From: Macrostomum lignano
Taxonomy: Eukaryota
DNA length: 64,000 bases
Direction of reading: 5' to 3'
Assembly (NCBI GenBank): GCA_002269645.1
Contig: NIVC01001846.1
Coordinates: forward strand, 20,573-84,572
The translations under genes and the position numbers were made by a program. Below are positions 1 to 12,018 of the stretch, piece by piece (position 1 is the stretch's first letter; each line of letters begins with the position of its first letter). The notes beneath the pieces were generated by a model. The model was given only the letters and a program-made list of their open reading frames with translations. It searched no databases and was not told the origin of the DNA.

Positions 1-584
1 GTGAAGTTGCTGCTGCGACTGAATCTCTTGCCGCACACCTTGCACTTGTGCGGTTTCACCTTCATGTGCACTGCACTAATGTGAGCCTTTAGGTAGCTTT
101 TTCTGGTGAACTTCTTCTGGCAAGTGTCGCACTGGAACGCCCTCTTGACACCCTGAGCTTGACGTTGCCGTGTTGCAGCACTCTTTGAAGCCCGGGTGTT
201 CCCGAATGTCTCGAACTCGTGACGCTTCGTCACTGCAGAACTGCCGTCTGCACACGGCTGCATCGCTGACTCATTGCGAGACTCGACCTGCTCGACCGCC
301 GCCGCTCTGCCAGCTTCTGAGTTGGTCGCAGCCGCCTCCTCTGGCTCCGAGTCGCAGCCCATTCCGTGTGACCGCACATGACGCAAGTACTGCGCCGCTG
401 CCGATCGGGTGCGGCAGAACCGCCTGGGACAAAAGGGGCAGGCGACAGAGCCCCGGCGCATCTCTGAGAAACTGTGGGGCTGAGATCTGTGCGGAGATGC
501 CGATGCTCGAAGCCCGTCTCTGCCTGAGCTGCAATGCGGAGCGGTAGGGACTTCGTCACTTTGTGATCCGGAATGGAAAGACAT
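1..584 (-). CDS. C2H2 zinc-finger gene, copy A (5' part; runs off the window edge)
   Basis: Manual translation from the ATG at 584, directly after a TTCATTTCCTTTAG acceptor: [12 protein letters not shown]...CPFCPRRFCRTRSAAAQYLRHVRSH...[46 protein letters not shown]. Open to base 1 and highly similar to copies C and D. The true 5' exon structure is uncertain. Confidence 0.8.
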   Translation of the reverse strand, partial: MSFHSGSQSDEVPTAPHCSSGRDGLRASASPHRSQPHSFSEMRRGSVACPFCPRRFCRTRSAAAQYLRHVRSHGMGCDSEPEEAAATNSEAGRAAAVEQVESRNESAMQPCADGSSAVTKRHEFETFGNTRASKSAATRQRQAQGVKRAFQCDTCQKKFTRKSYLKAHISAVHMKVKPHKCKVCGKRFSRSSNF

Positions 585-1316
585 CTAAAGGAAATGAACA
601 TCCCCAATATCGAAAACATAAAGACAATTTCTGGGTTATATTGACTAATAAAAAGCATAATTTTCTATTTTATGAAAGTGATGAAAATCCCATGCATGCT
701 TTACTTGAATTTAAGACAACCAATTGATGATGGATTTAACCGAGTGAAAATGTTGCTGCTAAACGACATGACGTGCATGGTTAAATTTACACTGAGGAGC
801 AATCCTTGGCTCATGAGAGATAGTGAGCCAAAGCGGGTTTTACCGGGTTTCGATTGGTGTTTTAGCTAAATCAAAATAAACAGTTTTTTATTTAATTATC
901 GCTAGACTGCCTGGCAGGACCCATTGATTTCTGCCACTTGTACTGCAACTTTGCGCGACTGAACAATTTAAGGTGGATGCGCAAACCCGGAGCGAAATAC
1001 TAAAAAGCCGTAACAAAAAAGGTGGGTAGGCGGCCCCACCGGCTAAGACGAGCAAAGCTCAAAGGCCAGCCAATCGAAACGGTACAAGAAGCAGTGTGAG
1101 ACTCTGCTGCCCTGACAGACCCCCAAGGACACATGCACTACACGTGGATTGTTAAAATTAATATAGAAAATCAACACAACGAGACAAACGTAAAAAACAA
1201 TAAGTAAAAATTGCAATGCCACCAGTGTAATTGAAAAAATACACGAAGAATAGCAGTTTTGAAATCAAATATTTGCCTCGCATTTACAAAACTGCATTAT
1301 GCTTAAAACATTCTGA

Positions 1317-2256
<940 letters not shown>

Positions 2257-2689
2257 TAGCTGAGTCTTACGTAAAAAAAAAGAGATTAGACAGTAATTTT
2301 TAATGGACATTTTACTGGGTGAAAGGTTATTGCTAAACGGCAATGTGACCGGGTACATCTGCATTGATGAGCAATCCTTGGCCCCCGGTTAAGAAGGCCG
2401 GCAGTGCACTTTTACCTCTCCCCGCCACGTCTACCCCAAACTGACCCAGTTGCACCGCCTCATTTTTCTGTCTGTATCATCTTGCTGCGTTCCTAATTCT
2501 GCGTGCTTATTTGAGACGGTTTGGGAAATTAAACAAAACGGCGCGTTTTAAGCTGCCGAGTGTCAATGTACATCATCATTTAGAATTGCTAGCTGAGCAG
2601 CACGATCGTGAAACTTCTGTCTGTTTGGCTCTGGACGAACTGAAAAAAACAAGGGCGTCACTGTCTTGAGGGAACCTGCGGGAGTCGCC

Positions 2690-3420
2690 CTGGACTGAAG
2701 GAATTTCTGAGGCATTTAGCGGATTGAAGCCGTCTGCAGAAAATTGGACATGAAAGACGAGAAGGTTGACGTAGTCTTACTCAAGATTGACTTTTTAATC
2801 CTCATGGCGGTAGCCGCGTATGACAAATTAGGGAACTTCTTGGTCACTCCGGTGAAGTTAGAGGTCAACGCATTCGAGAATCTAGAGGATGAAATCAAGT
2901 AGTTTGTCACCTCACAAAAACTTGTGCCTGAGCGTCACAGGTTTGACGAAGCGAAGCAAGACGAGTACCCATAAGCATATTTTGAGAACCGACTGCGAGA
3001 CTGCGACAGATATGGCATTTGAATACATTCTGCAAGAAGCTCTAAGAGACCAGTTTGTAGCCGGACTGTGCAATGCCTCCGTGGTGAAAGAACTGGTTAT
3101 TAAAGACCCGTTAACATTGATACTTGCGGTGGAGACTGCTGCAGCGCAAAAGCAAGTCAGTAAGAGTGCCTTGACATCAAGGAAAGTTGGAAGCAGTCAA
3201 TTTAACAAAGGACAAAATGCGACATCAAAGTAGTGCTCAAGGCCAAATGCGCATTTCGGGCAAGGCGTGCAGTTTTTTAATGAAGAAGCATCTGCCAGAG
3301 TCATGCCTGGCATGTGGAGCCAAGTGTCGAAACTGTGAGAGAATTACTTGAAGGACTTGGGAGCTGAGCATGCATAAGTGCCTCTGAGAAATGTTTTACA
3401 CAACAGCAATCGCATTTACC
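2690..3420 (+). mobile_element. Degenerate Gypsy/Ty3 gag fragment
   Basis: Broken reading frames give KIDFLILMAVAAYDKLGNFL..., LVPERHRFDEAKQ, EALRDQFVAGLCNASVVKELV...LTLILAVETA and a CxxC knuckle remnant (ACGAKCRNC). These match the gag pattern of K02A2.6-like Gypsy elements. Multiple stops. Confidence 0.7.
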
Positions 3421-3654
3421 ACTCTATAGTTTACGAGTATTCGGCAGGTGAAATTTAAATAAGAGAATGGCTGTGTTTGGAACACTATCAAAACAATTTC
3501 ATTTTTTACTAAGTTATCTAATAATTAAAAATCATCTAAAAAGGTAAATTCTAAAAAAGTTCAATGGCAGAAGAAATGGGTTAAGAGAAGTTGCCGAACA
3601 GTTTGCAGGGTAGGTAGGGTGAAAATTGGAGTGGCAGGGTGACTGGTAGAGTGG

Positions 3655-3885
3655 CAGTGGAGTCCTAGGGTGGCTAAGGAGAGTCTCAGGGTGGGTTGGG
3701 TGAGTGATGGGGTGGCTAGGAAGAGTCTTAGGGTGGGTTTGGTGAGTAAAAGGGTGGCTAGGGAGTGTCTTAGGGTGGGTTGGTGAGTAAAAGGGTGGCT
3801 AGGGAGTGTCTTAGGGTGGGTTTGGTGAGTAAAAGGGTGGCTAGGGAGTGTCTTAGGGTGGGTTGGGTGAGTGATAGGGTGGCTA
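3655..3885 (+). repeat. About 42-bp G-rich minisatellite (GGGTGGCTAGGGAGTGTCTTAGGGTGGGTTTGGTGAGTAAAA), about 5-6 copies
   Basis: Directly visible tandem units. Confidence 0.9.
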
Positions 3886-5038
3886 GGGAGAGGAGACAGC
3901 TGCATTCCACAGTTTACCTGTGAAGAAACTGGGGTCGGTCCGGGTGCCCAACCCAAGTACTATAAAAAAAGTAGGAAAAGGCGTAGTGACGCTTTGTGAT
4001 ACAGTAGCTCGATCTGGCGTGAAGAAGTTCAGAAGTTGCGTTGCTACCATTATTGTTGTGACACTCGCTGGTTCTTATAAAGTGCCTACCGTAAGATATA
4101 GTATAGGATATTGGTGAGTCACGAGTATATGACTCACGTGTGTACTCTGTTCAAGCAACTGGCAAAATATACGGAACTCCTGACATATCAAGCTATCAAC
4201 CCTAAACTATTGCTGCTGGTATCTTTTATACCGCAGTGTCAACTAATTTTACCGGACTTTGATCGGTGGTTCGGTCAACTCAAGAAAGTCAAGTTTACCT
4301 CTAAGACGCGCACAATAAAAGCTGCAAAGCGAGCCAATCGAAACGGCGCAAGCAGTGTGAGACTCTCCTGCCCTGACAGACCCCCGAGGGCCCATGCACT
4401 ACACGTGGTTTGTTAAAATTAATATAAAAAATCAACAAATCCAGGCAAACATTAAAAAATAACAAGTGAAGATTGCAATGCCGCAATTGTAATTCAAAAA
4501 TACATGAAGAAAAGCAAGTTTTGAGATCAAATTTTAGCTTGGCGTTTACAAAACTCAATCGCGGAGACACTATAATAACAATCATTACAGAAATTCTTGT
4601 AGAAGTTAAAATAAGTCAAACGTAAAATATGGGTGCTGACTCGCTGAGTAATACAGAAAACAAAGAAATACTCTTAAGATGCAAACAAAAAATTGAAACC
4701 TATAGCAGCAACAAGAAAGTGAAACACTTTCCTGTCTAGAATGTCCTGTGAATGTCATGTGTCCCGTTAATGTCCTGTCTAGCAGTACAGTCAATAAAGG
4801 TGCTTAATTAAAAGAGAAGATGCTTCAAACCAATCAGTGGCTACTCAGACTGACCAACTGACCATTGGTTCAGCTACGGTATGCATTACTTTTGGACAAT
4901 TCAAGGATGATCATTAAAATTTACAGACAAAAAAGGCTGTTAATGGATTGCCAGTGACTTAAAAACGCGTGGCGAACACTCAGAACTCTGACTCGGTAGT
5001 TCACTTCTGCAGTCAAGGAGGGCAAAGTTTAATATTCG

Positions 5039-5956
5039 TTACACAATGTGCCGATTAGCGTGCGTTTTTAGATGGCTGCCTTGATTAAATCGCTTGCCGC
5101 ACACCGTGCACTCAAATGGTTTTTCTCCTGTGTGCAGCCTTGAGTGAGAAGAGAGGCTGCTGCTGAAACTGAATCTCATGCCGCACACCTTGCACTCGAA
5201 AGGCTTTTCTCCTGTGTGCACCCTGGAGTGCTTAGTGAGGTTGCTGCTGTCACCAAATCTCTTGCCGCACACCTTGCACTCAAATGGTTTTTCTCCTGTG
5301 TGAAGCCTAGAGTGCTTAGTAAGGCTGCTACTGTCACAAAATCTCTTGCCGCACACCTTGCACTCAAATGGCTTTTCTCCTGTGTGAAGCCTAGAGTGCT
5401 TAGTAAGGCTGCCACTGTCACAAAATCTCTTGCCGCACACCTTGCACTCAAATGGCTTTTCTCCTGTGTGCAGACTTGAGTGGGAAGAGAGATTGCTTGC
5501 TTGATTGAATCTTTTGCCGCAAACCTTGCACTCGAAAGGCTTTTCTCCTGTGTGAAGCCTAGAGTGCTTAGTGAGGCTGCTACTGTCACAAAATCTCTTG
5601 CCGCACACCTTGCACTCAAATGGTTTTTCTCCTGTGTGAAGCCTAGAGTGCTTAGTAAGGCTGCTACTGTCACAAAATCTCTTGCCGCACACCTTGCACT
5701 CAAATGGCTTTTCTCCTGTGTGCAGCCTTGAGTGGGAAGAGAGGTTGCTGCGGCGACTGAATCTCTTGCCGCATACCTTGCACTCAAATGGCTTTTCTCG
5801 TGTGTGCAGCCTTGAGTGGGAATAGAGGCTCCATGCTTGACTGAATCTCTTGCCGCACACCTTGCACTTGTGCGGTTTCGCCTTCTTGTGCACTGCACTA
5901 ATGTGAGCCTTTAAGTAGCTTTTTCTGGTGAACTTCTTCTGGCAAGTGTTGCACTG
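5039..5956 (-). CDS. C2H2 zinc-finger gene, copy C, 3' half (11 fingers), separated from its 5' half by a transposon
   Basis: Stop-free ORF with 11 CxxC...HxxxH fingers and TGEKPFE linkers, ending HANRHIV*. Confidence 0.9.
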   Translation of the reverse strand, partial: QCNTCQKKFTRKSYLKAHISAVHKKAKPHKCKVCGKRFSQAWSLYSHSRLHTREKPFECKVCGKRFSRRSNLSSHSRLHTGEKPFECKVCGKRFCDSSSLTKHSRLHTGEKPFECKVCGKRFCDSSSLTKHSRLHTGEKPFECKVCGKRFNQASNLSSHSSLHTGEKPFECKVCGKRFCDSGSLTKHSRLHTGEKPFECKVCGKRFCDSSSLTKHSRLHTGEKPFECKVCGKRFGDSSNLTKHSRVHTGEKPFECKVCGMRFSFSSSLSSHSRLHTGEKPFECTVCGKRFNQGSHLKTHANRHIV

Positions 5957-6090
5957 CCCGGGAAAAAAAAACATGCTAAACTTTCCAAGTCAACCATGTA
6001 CTTGGATGAAATTGTTGACTTACCAAGTTTGCAAAGTATCATTGTCATGTACTTAAAAAGTATGCAATGTTTTTACCCAACTTCAATCGA

Positions 6091-6680
6091 CTTTCCAAGT
6101 TTGCAAAGTACACTTCCGATGTCTACATCTAAGTACTTAGAAAGTATCCAAAGTAGAGCCTACTTGGTTCGACTTTCCAAGTTTGCAAAGTACACTTCCG
6201 ATGTCTACATCCAAGTACTTAGAAAGTATCCAAAGTAGAGCCTACTTGGTTCGACTTTCCAAGTTTGCAAAGTACACTTCCGATGTCTACATCCAAGTAC
6301 TTAGAAAGTATCCAAAGTAGAGCCTACTTGGTTCGACTTTCCAAGTTTGCAAAGTACACTTCCGATGTCTACATCCAAGTACTTAGAAAGTATCCAAAGT
6401 AGAGCCTACTTGGTTCGACTTTCCAAGTTTGCAAAGTACACTTCCAATGTCTACATCCAAGTACTTAGAAAGTATCCAAAGTAGAGCCTATACTTGGTTC
6501 GACTTTACAAGTTTGCAAAGTACACTTCCGATGTCTACATCCAAGTACTTAGAAAGTATCCAAAGTAGAGCCTACTTGGTTCGACTTTCCAAGTTTGCAA
6601 AGTACACTTCCGATGTCTACATCCAAGTACTTGGAAAGTATCCAAAGTAGAGCCTACTTGGTTGACTTTCCAAGTTTGCA
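6091..6680 (+). repeat. 82-bp subterminal tandem array (about 7 copies) of the CMC element
   Basis: CTTTCCAAGTTTGCAAAG recurs at 6091, 6173, 6255 and onward. Confidence 0.9.
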
Positions 6681-8218
6681 AAATCCGTACATACACCTTT
6701 TTTACCAGCAGAATAACAGCTTTTATTTAGCTGACATCGCTCCCACTCACAAAAAATGATTATATGGCTATTCCTCGGAATTTTTGGATTCCTGAATACA
6801 GCTGAATACAGCTACAGCAATACATCCCGAAGGTGTCTGTATTTTTCTTTGGGAAGATTTATGAGCTTGGCTAGCTGCATCATCAAAGCTAGTTTTCTGT
6901 AAAAGGCAAACATTCTTTTGGATTGCATAATTTACATGAAAAGACTCTATAAATACATTTACACAATTGCACATTGCAAGACTTTAATACTTTTACTAAT
7001 CTATTTTGATAAAAATTTTAGGAAGTTTTGCTAAAATATCAGTATTTACTGATTCTTGAGTGTTTGTTTCACTAACAAATGAAATGAATATTACATCTTA
7101 TATTGTTTGGGCAAATGATTATTATCTAATTTGTTTAAACTGTCAAAATTCGAAATGAAAATTCTAATTTTCGCTTTCGCATAGGTTTGTGTAAAATTGT
7201 CCTTTTATCTTTCTTTTCAAAGTTAGGCTTTAGTTAGATAGGCCTTTTAGCAATTATTTGTTGCCGATTTTATTTCATATAGTAGTTGATATACCTTGTC
7301 GCTCAACAATTGGCTGACTATAGTTATTGTAATTGACATTTTATATGGCCCAGTAGGCCAGCCTACCCACTATGCCCTATACTGGCTATAGGCATAGGCC
7401 TGCCTTCTTGGCTTTAACTAGATCTAGAAGTTTTTTAGGGGGCTAATATTATAGTCATATGGGCTTAGTATAATACTGATACTGACTCAGAATATAAATA
7501 TAGATAAAATTTTAAAACTGACTTTTGTGAGTTGTGACTTAAGAATTATTGTCTTGATCTGCATAATGGTTAGTAGGCCTATATTTATAGGAAAAATCAT
7601 CTGGCCTCCCTTATCTAACCTTGACCTTGTTTACAGTTTTGCCTTTTAGCTTCTGTTTTTAATCTTCAGTTTCAGATTTAATGTCATTGTAAAAAGTGCA
7701 AGAAATGCTTCAGAGTAAAAATACTTTGTTTTTTTACTTTTAGTTTTAGACAGCTAGACTAGAATTATCCAGGCTATGTTATTAATTTTGATTGCACATT
7801 TTTTACTTTTATTATTGATAATAGATTAGTAATAATAATATTGTTTTATTAAGTCTTAGGATATATGTTGATTAGGCCCTATTGTAATTATAATCATTCT
7901 AATAAATTGTCTTTTGCTTATTAGAAATATAATATAAGCCTAGTTAGTTTTTAATTATAAGCCTAGAAGTATTTAAACATAAAATTTTATTTTTAGTTTA
8001 TAGAATATTTTTATTTTTAGTAATTTGATGATTTAGATTTTAAGATCAGAAAATTAAGCAATTTATAATAAAAAAATATTTAAGTATATTTATGAACTAT
8101 GTAATGTTGTATTATTGGTCTATTAAGGACAAGGCCTAAATTAAATTTTTATTTAAAAGCAAAGTAATATTTTTGTTTGGAATATATTTAGATTTCAATA
8201 CTTTCTACATTTTATAAT

Positions 8219-8955
8219 GGCAGTGCTTATCCCCACGGTACCGTAGGAATAATTTCTGTCTTATTCCAACGGTACCGTGCGAATAATTTTCTGCTTATCC
8301 ACACGGCACACTGAGGAGATAGCTGCCCTATCTTCTACATATGCCGTGCGAATAATTTTCTGCTTATCCGCACGGCACACTGATGAGATAGCTGCCCTAT
8401 CTTCTACATATGCCGTGCGAATAATTTTCTGCTTATCCGCACGGCACACTGACGAGATAGCTGCCCTATCTTCTACATATGCCGTGTGGGAAGTTTAGTA
8501 CATACGATTTGAGTGCAGTATAACAACTTTGTTGAATTATTGTTGAATAAGTATACAGAAGGGTATCAGTAAAGCAGAATAACACGCATTTACGCATGCA
8601 TATACTAGTCTAGAACTGATTCGAGTTTATACATCAAGATCAACAGCTTCTTAGTATCCTCAGTTCAAATTCCCTTTCAATAAGCTATAAACTATTCACG
8701 CACAGCATATATATGTAGCAGATAAAAACCGATAGGGCAGCTAGTAAAGCAGAGGGAATAAAACAGAGGACGTGTAGGGCAGCTATCTCGTCAGTGTGCC
8801 GTGCGGATAAGCAGAAAATTATTCCCACGGCATATGTAGAAGATAGGGCAGCTATCTCGTCAGTGTGCCGTGCGGATAAGCAGAAAATTATTCGCACGGT
8901 ACCGTTGGAATAAGACAGAAATTATTCCTACGGTACCGTGGGGATAAGCACTGCC
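8219..8955. mobile_element. Mutator-like (MULE) foldback element nested in the CMC element
   Basis: Long inverted arms starting GGCAGTGCTTATCCCCACGGTACCGTAGG, built from 69-bp units. Perfect 9-bp TSD TTTTATAAT at 8210-8218 and 8956-8964. Confidence 0.85.
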
Positions 8956-9694
8956 TTTTATAATATCTATATCTATACATCTATAGATACATCTATACAT
9001 ACATCTATAAAAATATTTTAAAGACTTATTTATTACATTCAAAAAAAAGATTGCTATTAGTCTCAAAATAGTAATTATATTATAAAGTGCATTTACTTGG
9101 CATTTCTTTAGATTAAGAACTATTACCTGGGTAAAACTTACATGGTTTAATTTTTTTGTGAAATATCCAATTATTCATATTCACTTAAATTTCCATTTCA
9201 GCTACCATCTACAAATGTCATCATCTATATTAAAAAAACCTGCTGAAAACAATGAAGATTTGTTAGCTGTATAATTGTACATTTTTTACTAATTTTGTTC
9301 AAAAAAATTGGCACCTGACTAAGCAATTTATTTTTTATGCTGCTTTTTCTTTGTCTTGCATTTTTCTGCCTGTGATCATCTGAATAATTTGTTAAGTTGC
9401 AACTTTTATGTGCATCAATACTTTGAATACAATATAACAGTACACTTAACAATTATTTTGAAGCTCCTATTGCTTGTTGAATTTTTTCTTTAACAAGTGA
9501 AATTCTGTATGATGGAATTATTTTTTGTTCTTTGTAACTTTTGCAAGTCCATGGTATGAGTTATCAACATTTTGCCAAGTGCTCTATAGATAAATTAGAT
9601 ATTTAATACATTCACACTTGGAACCATATACTTTCTAGTAAATAAGTCACCTAAATCAATTTGAAATGTGATAAGTATTTATAGCTCTTGTGAA

Positions 9695-10200
9695 CATTGC
9701 ATACTTGGAAGGTACTTGAAAAGTGATTTAAGAAAACATTGCATACTTGGAAAGTACTTGAGAAGTGACTTGAGAAAACATAGCATACTTGGAAAGTACT
9801 TGAGAAGTGACTGGAGAAAACATAACATATTTGGAAAGTACTTGAGAAGTGACTGGAGAAAACATTGCATACTTGGAAAGTACTTAAGAAGTGACTGGAG
9901 AAAACATTACATACTTGGAAAGTACTTGAGAAGTGACTGGAGAAAACATTGCATACTTGGAAAGTACTTGAGAAGTGACTGGAGAAAACATTGCATACTA
10001 GGAAAGTACTTAAGAAGTGACTGGAGAAAACATTACATACTTGGAAAGTACTTGAGAAGTGACTGGAGAAAACATTGCATACTTGGAAAGTACTTGAGAA
10101 GTGACTGGAGAAAACATTGCATACTTGGAAAGTACTTGAGAAGTGACTGGAGAAAACATTGCATACTTGGAAAGTTTATTGAGTGTACTTGGAAAACTTA
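9695..10200 (+). repeat. 42-bp subterminal tandem array (about 12 copies) of the CMC element
   Basis: Unit GAAAACATTGCATACTTGGAAAGTACTTGAGAAGTGACTGGA. It shares the CTTGGAAA / TTTCCAAG motif, inverted, with the left array. Confidence 0.9.
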
Positions 10201-10277
10201 GAAAGTACTTAGGCCACGAGGTTGCATTGTTGACTTACCAAGTACTTAGCAAGTTTGGTTTGTTTTATTTTCTCGGG

Positions 10278-10726
10278 TGGAACGCCCTCTCGACAGCCTG
10301 AGCTTGACGTTGCCGTGTTGCAGCACTGTTCAAAGCTCGGGTCTTCTCGGCTGACTCGCACTCCGGACTCTTCGTCACTGCAGAACTGCCGGCTGCACAC
10401 GGCTGCATCGCTGACTCATTGTGAGACGCGACTTGCTCGACCGCCGCTTTGACAGCTTCTGAGTTGGTCGCAGCCGCCTCCTCTGGCTCCGAGTCGCAGC
10501 CCATTCCGTGTGACCGCACATGACGCAAGTACTGCGCCGCTGCCGATCGGGTGCGGCAGAACCGCCTGGGACAAAAGGGGCAGGCGACAGAGCCCCGGCG
10601 CATCTCTGAGAAACTGTGGGGCTGCGATCTGTGCGGAGATGCCGATGCTCGAAGCCAGTCTCTGCCTGATCTGCAATGCGGAGCGGTAGGGACTTCGTCA
10701 CTTTGTGATCCGAAATGGAAAGACAT
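10278..10726 (-). CDS. C2H2 zinc-finger gene, copy C, 5' half
   Basis: MSFHFGSQSDEV...CPFCPRRFCRTRSAAAQYLRHVRSH...VERAF. 449 nt here plus 916 nt (5954-5039) gives 1365 nt, an in-frame 454-aa protein if the insertion is removed. Confidence 0.85.
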
Positions 10727-11281
10727 CTAAAGGAAATGAACATCCCAGATATCGAAAACATAAAGACAATTGCTGGGTTATATTGACAAATTTAAAGCAG
10801 AATTTTGTATTTTATGAAAGTGATAAAAATCCCATGCATGCTTTACTTGAATTTAAGACAACCAATTGATGATGGATTTAACCGAGTGAAAATGTTGCTG
10901 CTAAACGGCATGATGTGCATGGCAAAATTCACACTGATGAGCAATTTATCATGATTAAAACATTCTGATTAGAGAATGTTTGTAAAAAGTTAGATGAATT
11001 TAAATGAGTACTGAAAATGCGTGAGTACTAATACAATAAGTAATGAAGTGAAAAACTGAAAATGCTGGAAACCAATCAGTTACTGAGATACTGAGACTAA
11101 CAGGTCATTGGATGCTGTAACTAACTGGCTATTGAATCCGCTTTCATTGACATTTTTGGGACAGTTCTTAATACGTACAGCCAAAAAAGCTGCTGATCTA
11201 CTGCTAGTGAATTGAAAATGCCTGGCGCACAGTAAGGACCCAGACGTAGTGGCAATCACGGAGCGCAAAGTTTAATATTCA

Positions 11282-12018
11282 TTAAACAATGTGCTGCTTG
11301 GAGTGCCTTTTCAGATCGCTGCCTTAACTGAATCTTTTGCATAACACCTTGCACTCGAATGGCTTTTTCCTGTGTGCACCCTGGAGTGCTTAGTGAGGTT
11401 GCTGCTGTCACTAAATATCTTGCCGCACAGCTTGCACTCAAACGGCTTTTCTCCTGTGTGCAGTCTTGAGTGAGAAGAGAGGTTGCTGCGGCGACTGAAT
11501 CTCTTTCTGCACACCTTGCACTCAAATGGCTTTTCTCCTGTGTGCACCCTGGAGTGCCTAATGTGGCTGCTGCTGACACTAAATCTCTTGCCGCACACCT
11601 TGCACTTGTGCGGTTTCGCCTTTATGTGCACTGCACTAATGTGAGCCTTTAGGTAGCTTTTTCTGGTGAACTTCTTCTGGCAAGTTTTGCACTGGAACGG
11701 TCTCTCGATGCCCTGAGCTCGACGGTGTCGTGTTGCAGCACTCTTTGAAGCTGGGGTCCTCTCGACTGACTCACACTCGTGACGCTTCATCACTGCAGAA
11801 CTGCCGGCTGCACACGGCTGCATCGCTGACTCATTGTGAGACGCGACTTGCTCGACCGCCGCTCTGACAGCTTCTGAGTTGGTCGCAGCCGCCTCCTCTG
11901 GCTCCGAGTCGCAGCCCATTCCGTGTGACCGCACATGACGTAAGTACTGCGCCGCTGCCGCTAGGGTGCGGCAGAATCGCCTGGGACAAAGGGGGCGGGC
12001 GACAGATACCCGGGGCAT
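11282..12018 (-). pseudogene. C2H2 zinc-finger gene, copy D (4 intact array fingers, last finger frameshifted with a stop)
   Basis: ORF 11311-12018 has the atypical N-terminal finger plus 4 array fingers. A 1-nt loss in the last linker (GGAAAAAGCC versus GGAGAAAAGCC) is followed by ECKVLCKRFS*GSDLKRHSKQHIV*. A CTGCAG acceptor with a pyrimidine tract lies just upstream. Confidence 0.8.

Larger units (their letters stand above)
5957..10277. mobile_element. Non-autonomous CMC (CACTA/EnSpm-type) DNA transposon, 4321 bp
   Basis: Termini CCCGGGAAAAAAAAACA... and ...TGTTTTATTTTCTCGGG form an imperfect TIR. 2-bp TSD (TG at 5955-5956 and 10278-10279); removing the element and one TG restores the uninterrupted GCGTTCCAGTGC seen in copy A. 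Subterminal tandem arrays at both ends. AT-rich interior with no transposase ORF. Superfamily inferred from the CCC..GGG ends and 2-bp TSD. Confidence 0.8.

Noticed and set aside
3900-4120. Coding-looking stretch (GVGPGAQPKYYKKSRKRRSDAL...) with a GTGAGT donor
   Set aside because: Several in-frame stops and no recognisable family.
8385-8430. CTGATGA followed by a small stem, hammerhead-ribozyme-like
   Set aside because: The required GAAA after stem II is missing.
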